Below, one piece after another: positions 49,575 through 62,749 of a stretch of DNA of 64,000 nt (positions within the stretch are counted from its first letter, which is position 1; each line of letters begins with the position of its first letter). The notes under the pieces were generated by a model that saw only the letters and a list, made by a program, of their open reading frames with translations, was not told the origin of the DNA and ran no database searches. Source of the DNA: Octopus sinensis (taxonomy: Eukaryota); NCBI RefSeq assembly GCF_006345805.1, contig NC_042999.1, positions 164,486,001-164,550,000 of the forward strand, read 5' to 3'. Both the position numbers and the translations under genes were made by a program.

Positions 49575-49977
49575 TACCACGACATCTACACCTTTCTCAC
49601 CTTGAACTTTCAACCTTGAACTTGTTCGCATAAACTGTCCCGTTTGTTGTATTTTTATTTTCTCTTATATTACCACTTTTTTTACATTCATTTCATGCTT
49701 TCCACATTCCCCTTATTTCGCTCTCGCGTCTCATGTTTGATCTTTGACCTCTGGCCGAAATCAGATCGCCATGTTGATTCGTTAGCTACTGCACGCATTT
49801 TTTTTCTCTCCTTCTTTCTGTGTTTTTTTTCTCTCTGTGTATCTTTCTGTTGAAGAGCGTAGGCTCGAAACGTTAAAGACTTGTTTTATTTATATTTCCT
49901 GAGCGCCATACTAATACAATTGTTCATTTGTTTTCCACCTGCCTTCGTCTTTTGTCTATTTTCATAAAGCTTCCCGT

Positions 49978-49980
<3 letters not shown>
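49575..49980 (+). mobile_element. Penelope-type terminal-repeat remnant with minimal hammerhead-like motif (49842-49879)
   Basis: UCUUU CUGUUGA A GAGC-GUAG-GCUC GAAA CG U U AAAGA in a pyrimidine-rich repeat ending in (TA)n. Confidence 0.55.
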
Positions 49981-50008
<28 letters not shown>

Positions 50009-50370
50009 GCACACACATGTATTTTTTTGGTATCTTGTCCTGTACTTACCTCATGTGTTTACATCTCTTTTGCTCATTGGTTAATATCCTATACTTAATG
50101 TGTATTTTCTTTATTTATTTATAATTGAATATAGCCTTGTCTATCGTAAGTTCTTACATTTATTTATAATTTCTGCGACACCACACTATTTTCTTTTTTC
50201 GCTCCATCCCTCAATAATCCTTTTTATTTTCCATTTCCTCCCCTTGTTCTTTGCTGTCCCCCTGTCTTTCTTCCACTTCCTACTATCCTTCATTCCCTCT
50301 CCTTTCTCCTCATTCCCTTTGTTTCTTTCCCTCATCCCCTCTGCCTGTTTGCTCACACATGACTACAACT

Positions 50371-50518
50371 CATTTCTCTTACCTCTCTCTTTTCGGACGT
50401 CCCCCTTGCTGGACATCATTTCTCTTACCTCTCTCTTTTCGGACGTCCCCCTTGCTGGACATCATTTCTCTTACCTCTCTCTTTTCGGACGTCCTCCTTG
50501 CTGGACATCATTTCTCTT
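50371..50518. repeat. 46-bp tandem repeat, about 3.2 copies
   Basis: catttctcttacctctctcttttcggacgtcccccttgctggacat at 50371, 50417 and 50463; one substitution among full copies. Confidence 0.92.
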
Positions 50519-50879
50519 GCATCTCCACATTTTTCTCTTCTACAATTTTCTTCTCTTTTATTTTTTCTATATCCTTTCAAAATTTCTCCCAGGCATTACC
50601 CATTATAATGTCATGGCCAAACGGCCCTTAATGTTTGTCCTAACTCTCCACAAATTTTATATTTAAAAAATTTCTGGTTGCTGCTGTCTCATGAAGTTTT
50701 TTTATCTTGTTGTTGAAAGCTCAAAAAAGGAAGCAATAAACAGTCAACAACTGAGGAGGAGTTAGACTTCTTTTGCTATTTGGTCCTGTACTTAATGTGT
50801 ATTTTTTATTTATATCTATCTACATCTATATATACACACGCATGCATGCACGTGTGCACACACACACATACCTGTATAT

Positions 50880-51095
50880 ACATATGTATCTATGTTTGTT
50901 TCCCACCATCACTTGACAACTGGTAAGGGTTTGTTTACATCCCTGTAACTTAATGGTTCAGCAAAAGAACTGGTAGAATAAGTACCGGTCTTAAAAATAA
51001 GTATTGGGGCTGATTCCCTTGACTAAGAATTCTTCAAGGTAGTGCCCCAGCATGGCCACAGTCAAATGATTGAAACAAGTAAAAATAAAAAAAAT
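50880..51095 (+). mobile_element. SINE family 1, 3' half
   Basis: cccagcatggccacagtcaaatgattgaaacaag. Confidence 0.72.
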
Positions 51096-52424
51096 TAAAA
51101 CATGATGATGATGATGATGGTGGTGGAGGCTTGCTGAAAGCCTTCTTCTAATTTCAAAGCCCAGGGTCCATTTTTTAAATTTATTTTAAACCTTATGAGT
51201 ATCAGCTAGAATTTAAGCATTCTGCATCTTCCTGAAGTGTATAAAGTATTGGTTGTATACTAGGCTCACATACCAGTAATATCAAGGGAACTTTGAACAT
51301 AACCATAACAAATTATGCTTCACTATCACACAGTTCTAAGTTCAGTTCAAGAATCTCTCATACCAGTAATATTCCGCCTGAGTTATTTATATCTAGAGAG
51401 TTGCACAAACGTTGATGTCTCACATTCCTGATTTCAATTACCAAGAGGTGTGACATACATCTTATGGTACCTAGGAAGATGTTAATAAAATACCAGGCAG
51501 CAATATAGTGATGTTCAGTTAAGTAACTACAACTTATCTACTCTTTAAAAAATAGAGGCATGTACCTAAATAAAAGAATATCATTATTTATATTTTACAG
51601 TATTAATGGAACATCAAATGAATGAGACAAGTGTGTTCCTGAATAGAGCACAATCCTTAAACTTTTTCCAGATGTAGAAGGTTCATTTTTTTTTCTGGGT
51701 CAAGCAATGAGTTGTTCAAATATATAACAAATCAGAAGTTAAATTGTAGACCTAATTACTGCAGCTGGAAAAATCACAAGTTAGTCAATCAGTTGCAGAT
51801 GTAAGCAGTATAACATCTGTTATACATCTGTTATACTTTGTCTCCAGCAGCAGACCTTCTATGATGATTCAGTTACAGTCTCTCCTTACAGCTCATTCTC
51901 TCAACTGCACTAAATCTGTTTCTTGGTAATGACACTACTGATGACAAGGTAGTTGTTATTAGTGATGATATCTTCAGATATAATCTAGTTAGCATGATTC
52001 TCTTACGAGAATCAAGATTGGAAGCAGTTTCAACACAGCTGTCAACACATATCTAAACCATCTGTAAGGTTAAGAAATTAATATCTTTTTTAGGCAGATG
52101 TTTGTATTTAGTAGCACAAGATAATTTTCAATATAATAATTCAAGAAATAGCATATGCTAAATGCATTAAACAGCAAGTAAGTACCAAAGACTGACTGTG
52201 AAACGTAGCCTTCAACTATATGTTAAGGGCATTAGGGTAAGAAGAATGAAAATACAGATAGGATCCAAAAAATATCAAAAACCTTTCCATTATAAATTTG
52301 AGGAGAAAACATCTTACAATTCATGCTTTAGCTATTTAATGATATAACTACATGTTATTATTTGGCTTCAGAGAATATAGTAAAAATGCTGACTATAAGT
52401 TAAACTAAGTTGCTTAAACATTAC

Positions 52425-52635
52425 TCATTACTCTTTTACTCGTTTCAGTCATGTGACTGTGGCCATGATGGAGCACTGCTTTTAGTTGAGCAAGTCAAAC
52501 TCAGGACTTATTCTTTGTAAGCCTAGTACTTATTCTGTAGGGCTCTTTTGCTGAACCACTAAGTTGTGGGGATACAAACACACCACCGTCGGTTGTCAAG
52601 CGATGTTGGGGGGACAAACACAGACACAAACATAT

Positions 52636-52666
<31 letters not shown>

Positions 52667-52822
52667 CATATATACAATGGGTTTCTTTCAGCTTCCGTTT
52701 ACCAAATCCACTCACAAGGCTTTGGTCAGCCTGAGGCTATAGTAGAAGACACTTGCGCAAGGTGCCATGCAGTGGGACTCAACCTGGAACCATGTGGTTT
52801 GTAAGCAAACCTCTCCTACGCC
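52425..52822 (-). mobile_element. Full-length SINE family 1
   Basis: Same head and tail motifs. Confidence 0.8.
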
Positions 52823-54509
52823 TAGTATACCTAAATTTATCTACAAATCTTCCCATACACCAACTTCATTTTTGTTAAGGCTGTAGCAATACAATTCGTT
52901 CATTTGTTTCTTATTTCACTGAAGAACTCACATTGCTTTCTTAGCAGAATGATGAAATAAAATGGCTATAAAACCATATTTGATTGATCTTTCAAAGGAC
53001 ACTCATTTACAATTAAGAATTTTACTTCATTGAATTTTTCCCTATTGAGAGATTTCCTTATAGCCATTTGATTGGAAGATAATGAATTTAATTAACATTA
53101 AACCAAAGTTATATAATTGCATAATGCTTTCCGAAATATGTGTGTAGTATGTTGGAGGTAGAGTCTTATGTATTCAAAACTAATAATCATTTAGTTAATT
53201 ACAAGACTTATACACAATTATTGAGAAAATTACTAGGCAAAACAGAAAATAAACAGTCATGGAGTCAATTAAAACTAAAAGAATATTTCAGAATTTCAGA
53301 AAGACTAAATACTAAACTTGAACAGATACAATATACACTATTAATGCAATAAAGTTGTAAGTTGGTCCAGACTACCATAAATTCTATATTTTAGGCTTTC
53401 TAGACAAGAAGGAAGATTGAAAGTTATTCAAAGATATGATCAATACCATCAGGAAAACTAAAAAAGAAAAAAAAAACCTTTTTAATTCACACATACACGC
53501 ACACAAATTTTTTTTTTTTATCCTTATACAAAAATTACCAGCATCCTGATTTAATATCTGATGAGCTCTTGTAATTTAGATTATAATTTTCCCAACTTTT
53601 AATCTCATCTTTAGAATGTGTATTTATGATATCTATAGCTACACAATCTTTTGATCAGTTTAACCGTTTTGTTATCATATTGCTGTTGAAATCCACTGCC
53701 TTTACTTCAATTATTTTTGAAAATAATGAAGAATTTAGTAAAAATAATTTTATCAGTATTAAGCTGGCGTTTAGAACAAAAACTAATAACATGAAATTTT
53801 GTTGGAATTTTAAAATTAAGTTCACTTTAAAACAAAATGTTTGTATTGTAGAATGATGGTGTGGCAGTGTTCTCAGCTGGGCTGGCATCAAAAACAGTAA
53901 AATCTTCAATTTTTATCAGGTATCTTATTTCTGAATATTTATATGGTCTCAAATAGATGCACTGGTGGCTTCGTGGACTATATGTTTGTAATTTGAAATC
54001 CAGTTTGGACACCTGATGATGAGAAAATATCTAACTGCTCAAACCACAGTGTTAGAATAAATATTGAAAATATACTCCCAGGAGATAATGTTTAACAGTC
54101 CAAAAACTAAATTTTTAATTCAGATTTAAATACAACTTTTATAAACAGGCAAGTTAAACAAACATTTTCCTGACACAGTTTTTAGAAATTTGTCAAAATC
54201 ATATAAAATCACTCAAATGGAAATTTAAACAAGTTTAAGTGATGCGTATAGTTTACAATTAAACATAATTAATTGACAGCAAATACCCAATTACAGCAAA
54301 AAAGGACATATATACTAATATATATATATATGATATATATAAATAATACACATATCAGTAACTACACATACAGACAAAACAAATACTGGGTTAGATACAA
54401 TGATTTCAGCTTTTTAGATTCACTTCATAACAGTAAATATTCAATGGAAACAACTTTTAAGATAAACTAAAAAAATTGTTATGCAGAATATTCTTGCGTC
54501 ATAAGAGTA

Positions 54510-55150
54510 GTCAATAATAATAATAAGGATTTCTTACATAGGCATTAGGCCTGAAATTTTGGTAGAGAGGAAACAGTTGATTATATTGACCCCAATACTT
54601 CTCAAAGAATGGAAGATAAAGCTGTCCTTGGTGGAATTTGAACTCAGAATGTAAAACTCTGAACAAATAAACTCTCTTGCCAATTCATTGCAATAAAAAC
54701 GATGATGATGATGATGATAATGGTTTCAAATTCTGGCACTAGGCCAACAAGTTGTGGGGGGGATCATTTACATTAACCCCAGTATTCAACTGGTACTTAT
54801 GAAAGACAAAGTCAACCTTGGCAGAATTTGAACTCAGAACATACACCAGGGTAAAGAATGAAGTGGACAATAAAAGGATAGACATAAAGTACGGGAGGTT
54901 TGTATATAATGAAATAAAAAGAAACAATGAAAGTAATAATAATAATAATAATACTTTCTAGCAGAGAAACAAGGCTTCAAATTTTGGGGGAGGGAACCAG
55001 CCGATTACATTGACCCCAGTGTTTCACTGGTACTTAATTTATCGATGCTGAAATGATGAAAGTCGACCTCAGCAGAATTTAGAATGTAGTGACAGGCGAA
55101 ATACTGCTGAGCATTTCATCCAGCTTGCAAATAATTCGGCCAGTTTGCTG
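54510..55150 (-). mobile_element. Cluster of three co-oriented SINE family 2 copies
   Basis: ttgaccccA...gaattt(g)aactcagaa repeated at about 54590, 54780 and 55015, each preceded by an (AAT)/(GAT)n tail. Confidence 0.7.
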
Positions 55151-55770
55151 CCATAAAAACAATAATAATAATTATCTCTGCAGCAACTGGAAAATTGGTG
55201 TTCCTTGAAGACTACAAAAATAAGAATTTCTAAATCAAAGCAAACAATGTACTGAGACAGACAGAAAATAAAATTTAGAATCTTTCGGTTTGTAATTGAA
55301 TTAAGCACATTGTCCAATGTGTTCTTTCTTAAGGTAGCAGTGCATGATTTGAAGGAGACTTAGGTGTTATACTGAATTTGTTGAATGACAGTATCGATGG
55401 TGAGACGTATAAGCAAATGAAAGAATGAAGATAGAAGTGGTACAAACATAAAAGCAACCAAGAATACAACAAAAGGGGATAAAGAAGTGCTCAGTATGAG
55501 GTAACAATATATTTTGGGGGCAAGCTGTCGACTGAAAACAAGTGGGAAGGACATGGGGAGAACGCTAGCTAAGGCTGGGAGTTGCATTTCAGAATCTACA
55601 AGTGAAGAAGAAAGAAATGAGCATGATTCAGAGATATCAAAGATATATAATCAAACTTCTTGTTACAATAGCAGTGAAATGTTTTTGATTTATAAAACAA
55701 TTGAGGAAAGAGGAAAGTAGGGTGAATGGAAGATTTACTAATTACAGCAGCATATTTAAAAAAAATAAAT

Positions 55771-56170
55771 AGGTGCAGGAGTGGCTGTGTGGTAAGTAGC
55801 TTGCTAACCAACCACATGGTTCCGGGTTCAGTCCCACTGTGTGGCATTTTGGGCAAGTGTCTTCTGCTATAGCCCCGGGCCGACCAATGCCTTGTGAGTG
55901 GATTTGGTAGATGGAAACTGAAAGAAGCCTATCGTATATATATGTATATATATATGTGTGTGTGTGTGTGTTTGTGTGTCTGTGTTTGTCCCCCTAGCAT
56001 TGCTTGACAACCGATGCTGGTGTATTTATGTCCCTGTCACTTAGTGGTTCGGCAAAAGAGACCAATAAAATAAGTACTGGGCTTACAAAGAATAAGTCCC
56101 GGGGTCGATTTGATCGACTAAAGGCGGTGCTCCGCAGTCAAATGATTGAAACAAGTAAAAGAGTAAAAGA
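55771..56170 (+). mobile_element. Full-length tRNA-headed SINE (family 1, CORE-like middle)
   Basis: Head AGGAGTGGCTGTGTGGTAAG (A box) ... GGGTTCAGTCCC (B box), CORE-like TTGGGCAAGTGTCTT, internal (TA)/(TG)n, tail GAAACAAGTAAAAGAGTAAAAGA. Confidence 0.85.
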
Positions 56171-57173
56171 GCTATTACCATAATGGTGATGGGAGTAACG
56201 AAGATAATGAACAACGATGCTAATGGTGGGATAGTGATGTTGACAATGAATAAAGATGATGAGAAATATGACAGTGAATGCTAATGATGATGATGGTGAT
56301 GAAAATTGATGATAGCAGTGGTAGGGGGTTGATAATGAATAAGAATGTTCATGACGACAAACATGACAATGAATGTTGATGAATATAAATGCTTTAATAA
56401 ATGATGGAAACACATTCATGAAAATAACAACAAACAACTCCTCACCAGCAGCCACTGGAGTTAATTATTAGTTTAGTGAAACAGTTTTGATAGCTTATTC
56501 TTCTCAGATCCCAATACAGTCAAGTGAAGGCTTTTAGATTAAATAGGCATGATAAGGTAAAAGAAATCACTTTTTGTAATGACAAAAATCTCATCTGAGT
56601 TCAGTTCAACCTTGTAAGTTAAGGATATTGGACTTCAGCTAAATTTAGTTAAGGATATTTGGATTCAGTTTAAGCTAATCAGTAAAGGCTATTTAAGTTT
56701 AGTTTCTGTGAGTTGGTTTAACTGAGTCAGTGAACCACGTCAGTTTGACTGTGTCACTGTGTACCTGTCTGTAGCAGTATTGATGTATGCACAAACCTTT
56801 TATGTCAAACAGTAAATATAAGTTGGAGAAGATGCAGTTTCTCATCAAGAACTGCATCTCCTCCAAACAGGACTCCATCAACTTATCTTCATGAAAAAAG
56901 ATTAAGTAAATATCAGATTAAGATAAGCACAGGGGTTGATATGACAGTGTTATCACGATGTAGCTGCAGTCTAATCACTAAAATCAGTCAAAGACAGTAA
57001 AGAGGATGATACAAACTATATAAAGAGCAAATTTATTATTGAAAAAGTTAAAAAATTTATTCAAGAATAAATAATTGATTACAGCTGCTCAAATATAGCA
57101 ATCATGGTTAAAAAAGGAAAGAAAACAATATATATATTAAAAAAACCCCACAAACCTACTGTTTGTCAATCTA

Positions 57174-57174
<1 letters not shown>

Positions 57175-57254
<80 letters not shown>

Positions 57255-57255
57255 T
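57175..57255. repeat. (TG)n(AG)n compound microsatellite
   Basis: Read directly; similar blocks at about 17940-17990 and 29481-29541. Confidence 0.95.
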
Positions 57256-57929
57256 TCCTTTATTATGAATTGACAAAACAAAAAAGGATAAGATAACGTC
57301 ATTCTTCAATAATCCATAAATTAGCCAGAAATATTGTCAATGCAAATTAAACTGAAGGAGGATAGGGAAATTAATGAATGATAATCATATTCATCATGAT
57401 CATCACTGTCATAATTCCTGTCATAGTTAGTATTAATAACAAAAACTAATAAATGAATAATTATATATATAAAAAAAAGAATAGATAATGGAGTATAAAA
57501 GTAAGTTTGAGTTGATCAATTTTGAGAAGCTTATTCAGAAAGGAAACAATGGAGGAAAGCTCTCCACAATCTCCACAAAGATGTTACCAAAGCGTTACCA
57601 AAATATAATGAGGCAGAAGTTGGAAAAAGGAAGAAAAAAATGGAAGATAAAAGAAAGAGAAAAATCCAAGAGGAGCCATTGAGTTTATAGTCAGTCCAAT
57701 TAAATAAAGAAGTGGACAAAAAAAGAGAGAACTTGAGAAATATGAAGACAACAAGCTGTTACTTTCTGATGATGATGATTTTGAATGGGTAAATTGACAA
57801 TATTGGCTTATATGAAAAAAAAAAAAAAAAAAAAATAACAAAAAAATAGTAACTTTAGTAGAAACACTGCTTATTTTCAAGAAACTTGCAATAAGTGAAG
57901 AGTATGATGAACATGAGAGAGAAAGAGAG

Positions 57930-57960
<31 letters not shown>

Positions 57961-58941
57961 TGATGAATAGATTTTGATGTTGTCACCACTATTGCAGAGA
58001 AGTGGAAAAGCAATTATTTTTTGAATGAATACATAAAAAAAAACAACAACCCAACATCACCAACAAAAATTGAATAGTATTTAGTTTTATGAGAATCCTT
58101 TCCATTCGGATTCCATTACCATGTATTTTTAAATGGATAGGAATTGATCTAAAACAACCAAACTATACAACTCCCACATGTAACAGTCCTTTTGTATTGG
58201 CCATGCTAGTCCATAATCTCAATGCAGAGCTGAATTCCTATAGTCTTCAAAAGAAATGGTTACACATAAAAGAAAACTCTTTTTTTCTTGCCATTATATC
58301 TCAGATCTCAGAGATGCTCTTACAGTTGACTTCATGCTTCAGATTTTTTTTAGAAGAAGAAACACAAAATTGCAGTGTTTTATATCAAGTGCTATAACTG
58401 CTATAACTTTATTTGTAGTCTTGAATATATACATATGTATGTACACAGGGATGCACACACACTCACATACAATATATATATATATATATAAAGAATAGAA
58501 TGTTTTAAATGACACAACAATGCACTTTGATACAAACAATGGACTAAACTGTTGTAATTTAATCAACCATTGCCTGATATGATATTTCCGAATAAAAATT
58601 CCTTCTTCAGATATCCCTAGGAATTGATGGAGTCGTTGCTATAATTAGCCTTCAAGAATTCCTCATGAGATGTGCGTGAGGTCAGCCATGTCTCAATCTC
58701 GTGTGTGCTGGTACATCCGTAGCACTGCTTCTAAGTTTTGTATTATACATGCAGCTTCCTTTTTTTTCCTTCTTTTTTCTTTTCTCTTTTTTTTTGTTAT
58801 AAACAATACATGAGCACGTTATCAAAAAGGAACCTACACACACCCAGATATAGCTAAATAATATATATTGACTGCCAACCTCCAGCCTGTTGTTAAAGAA
58901 GAACAACACACTCGACAAATTTCCCACACACCAACTAGACA

Positions 58942-59350
58942 TCTGGAACATCGTCTTTTAGTCGAACAAATCAACCCCAAGACTTATTCTTTGTAAGTCT
59001 ACTACTTATTCCATCGATCAATTTTTGCTGAATTGCCAAGTTACAGGTATGTAAATACGCCGACATCGGTTGTCAAGTGATGGTGGGGGAACAAACACAG
59101 ACACACAAATACATACGCTATTAAGTTAGACATGGCTTGGGCCTACAGTAGCCGAAACCTATCAGAGTTATATACATATATATATATATACGACGGGCTT
59201 CTTTTAGTATCCGTCTATCAAATCCACTCACAAAGCTTTGGTTGACCCGAGGCTATAGTAGAAGATACTTACCCAAGATGCCACACAGTGGGATTGAACC
59301 CAGAACCATGTGGTTGGAAAGCAAGCTTCTTACTACACAGCAACTCCTGC
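58942..59350 (-). mobile_element. SINE family 1
   Basis: tttagtcgaacaaatcaaccccaagac ... tacacagcaactcctgc. Confidence 0.78.
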
Positions 59351-59580
59351 ATCTATGAAAATGGACATAACCCCATTGCCAAAATGAATTCCCACTCATA
59401 AAGGCAGCATTCAAAATCCTAACATTTTGAGTTTAAGAAAGCACCCAGATCATGTTAATTTTTTAGGATGATTCTGAAGGTGCCATTCAGTGGGACTGAA
59501 CCAAAGACCACATGGTTGGGAAGCAAGCTTCTTTACTGCACAGCCTTGCCTGCACCAATAAATATATATATATATAAAGG

Positions 59581-60116
59581 TACAGAAATAATTTATTCTC
59601 AAATACAGGATAATGCTAATATAATAATATAATAGCATGAACAGGATAAACTTATCCATATATTGCAGAAAAATTAGTCAGTGGCCAGCCATGAGACTTG
59701 AACTCACATCCCTGTGATTACACATCAAGTGCTTTACCTGCATGGTTCTGGGTTCAATTATTTCAGTATCTTTCAATACATCTAAATGCTTCTTAAGCAA
59801 ACTTTGTTCACTTTCCTTGTAGGTTGAATTTAATGCTAGTGTCTTATAATGCTAGATTTATAAATCCTAAAATTGCAGAAGAATTTGTCACTGGGTAATT
59901 TAGCTTAAAGGTAAAGCACTTGATGTGTAATCACAAGAATGTGAGTTCAAGTCTGCTGGCTGCTGACAGATTTTTCTGCAATATTTGGATAAGTTTATCC
60001 TGCTCATGCTATTATATTAGCATTATCCTGTGTTTGAGAATAAATTATTTCTGTATCTTTCAATACATCTCAACACTTCTAAAGCCAACTTTGTTTACTT
60101 TCATTGTAAGTTGAAT
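59581..60116. mobile_element. Inverted pair of a tRNA-Thr(TGT)-like-headed SINE (arms 59581-59739 and 59909-60055) with duplicated tail (59756-59829 and 60043-60116)
   Basis: Head TAGCTTAAAGGTAAAGCA CTTGA-TGTGTAA-TCACAAG ... GAGTTCAAGTC; arms read directly as reverse complements. Confidence 0.75.
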
Positions 60117-60264
60117 ATATATATATATAAACATTAATAATATGACCCGTGGCTGGAAGGTGGCAAACCAGCAGAATTGTTAGCAAAGGAAATCAAACTG
60201 ATAGACTACACCAATAAAGTTACAAAATATTTAGCACAAATGATTAGAGAGTTATCCTACTAAA

Positions 60265-60660
60265 ATGAAATGCAGTTTGGGTTTGTCCTAGGGTAGAGTA
60301 ACACTTGTGGTTCCTTCACAGTAAGAAAAATGCAGAAGTTCCTAGCCATATGTAAACCTCTATATCTAGCTTTTGTTAATCTAGAGGCCTTTGACAGGGT
60401 AGCTTGATGTATAGATCTTTCAATCTATAGATCTGGTGGGCCACATTGAAGAGTGGCTGACAAGAGCAGTGTTTGTCATACACAGTAGAGCAGTGAGTAA
60501 AGTGAGTGTTGACAACCAGCTGAGTGAAGAATTTGGGGTGAAAGTAGGAGTTTATCAGAGCTTGGTTTTCCAGGCCATAATAATTGAGGTGAAGACCAGT
60601 CACCTGTGGGAGTTCCTACATGTTGATGATGTAGTTCTCATCATAGAGTCTGAAAAACAA
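60265..60660 (+). mobile_element. RTE LINE RT fragment, degenerate
   Basis: MQFGFV, LYLAFVNL-AFDRV, EEWLTRAV, EEFGVKVGVYQ, WEFLHVDDVVLI. Confidence 0.75.
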
Positions 60661-62704
60661 GTGAAAATTGGAGACCTTGCTTCAAATATGCCTTTGTCAA
60701 GTGTACGCTAGCATGGAAAAGCAGGAATTAAAGGAATCTACTGCAGTTGTTTAATGAATGGCCACATTTTCACCTTTGTGATTTGTTGAATTCACAAAGG
60801 CCAGGTAAATGCGATAATATGTCATTTTTAATCAGCTGACATACTGAATGTAAGATGCTAGAGGAATTCTGAAATTGGGTTTTGTATCAGCTACAGTGTG
60901 TGTGTACATGTGTGTGACAGAGAGAGAGAGAGCGAGAGAGAGAGAGAGAAGATGGGGTATTGGATATTCAATTTGGTGTATTCCTTTTATGCTTCCAATA
61001 AATACGAGGGAAAGCATGCAAGTCACAAATTCACAATATCTCCTTAGCTGATATGAATCTTCATGAGTATAAAAAAGAAACTGTGCTTTCATGCTTGTGT
61101 CTGTGTGAGAGAGAGATAAAGGGGAGTGGGAAACAAAAAGAACAACAGGAAGAGATGGTGAGAAGGAAGGAGAGAAAGATGTGGAGTGGATGAGGGATGA
61201 GTTCAGGAGAGAGCAGCATGGAGAAGAGGAAGTTGAAGTGTTATAGACCCTCATTAGATACATCTTCTGTGCAGAAAATATCAATAGAACTGTATAGCCT
61301 TACATTATTAAGCTTTCTTTCAGTTATATTAGAAAATAGTGGCTGAATTCAATGAAAGAAATTTCTATTGACAATGTAAGCTGAAAGGGAATAATGGAAG
61401 TGAGAAGTATGAATGCATGAAATGAAATGGGTGTGTTATGGTGAATGGTTTAACAGGACTGCCAGGTATTGAATGGAAGGGTTAATTAATGTGTGTATAT
61501 AAACATTTTGTGATAGGATACAGGTGTATAGTGTAATTTAGCTCAGGAGGAAGTATATATAGACACCTTCAATAATAGGCCTGTTTGTATACATGTGTTT
61601 GTATTACAATACTGCTGACAGAAAATAAATTACAATTGCTTGGAGGTAGATAAGCAGGTAATTGATACCATCCTTGTAGCTGTGCCCCTGCACATGCCAC
61701 CTACAACCATAGCCCACTTAGCCCACAGTGGTTCAGTCATAGGTGTGTTGTGACTGTACAAGCAAAGAATACTGTTTACAATTGCTAGGAAAAGATGCCA
61801 TGACCAAAGAGGAGGTGTTTATCCACCACAGGCAACCCCCATGAAATGACCATCAATGAAGTAAAACATGCTTTCATAAACTGCAGTTTTCAAGCTCCTT
61901 CAGCTTCCAATTTACAAGGAGGTCTTCAATTCCATTGTCAAAAGGACCTCCACTAACTTCATTGAAAACTTCTAATTTCCACTCCTTGACTAAGACAACT
62001 CAGCATGTCGCACTTCTAGAGATAAAGCCATTACAATGTGTGTTCCAAAACACACACACACACACACACTCTCTCTCTCTTTCTCTCCAAATATCACAAT
62101 CCAACGTATCTCATGCACACACACACACACACACACACGCACGCACACACAGAGTTTTGTTCAACCTAACAAAGTGACTGGTTCTCACTGTGTTTCTTCC
62201 ACTACTTTGACTCAGTGCACTCCAGAGCTGGTTCCTATATTCATCAAACTTTGCAGTCTGCATCTCTTTCTTAAGAATCTACACCAACACATGCAAAGAT
62301 GTCACAGTGTACCATTTTGCCACCAAAAAGCAACCCTTTAAACCTTACAAACTCGATCCTATCACTTACCAACATCTCAATGGTAATATAAACAGTCATT
62401 AGCATCTATATCTTTCATTGCTTTGATGTGTGTGTGTGTGTGTGTGTGTTGGTAACTCGTACTCTTGCTAAATGAACAGAATATACTTCATTGTTTTGAT
62501 ATTTCTGCCATCTCAGTGATCATAACTAAGAGTGTTGTTATGTCAGATAGGTATCGTTCCTTCATAATTTGTATACCTCATGCCAAACGTGGCCTCTGTG
62601 AACAGAAACCTTGAAAGATCCTCCAATATATGACAAGGTTCTTTCACTCAACATCACAATCACATAAACACTGCTCTAACAAGTTTTCTCCTACAATTTT
62701 TCTA

Positions 62705-62749
62705 GTACAAGATGTACAAGATGTACAAGATGTACAAGATGTACAAGAT
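62705..62749. repeat. (GTACAAGAT)5 perfect 9-bp tandem
   Basis: Read directly. Confidence 0.95.

Noticed and set aside
53827-54012. Minus-strand acceptor followed by VSKLDFKLQTYSPRSHQC, superficially like the C1B start (KHKFKIHTY.SPTFCDHC)
   Set aside because: Lacks the His/Cys zinc-ligand spacing, and no donor gives a C1-sized exon; treated as chance.
55514-55720. 68-aa plus-strand ORF (GASCRLKTSGKDMGR...)
   Set aside because: No motif, no splice context; consistent with a random ORF in purine-rich sequence.
58611-58679. Plus-strand acceptor plus short frame ISLGIDGVVAIISLQEFLMRCA* (possible nested antisense gene)
   Set aside because: No recognisable domain and no partner exons found.
59886-59967. 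tRNA-Thr(TGT)-like sequence
   Set aside because: A/B boxes and anticodon arm are present but there is no proper acceptor or T stem, and it continues into a repeated tail; it is a SINE head, not a tRNA gene.
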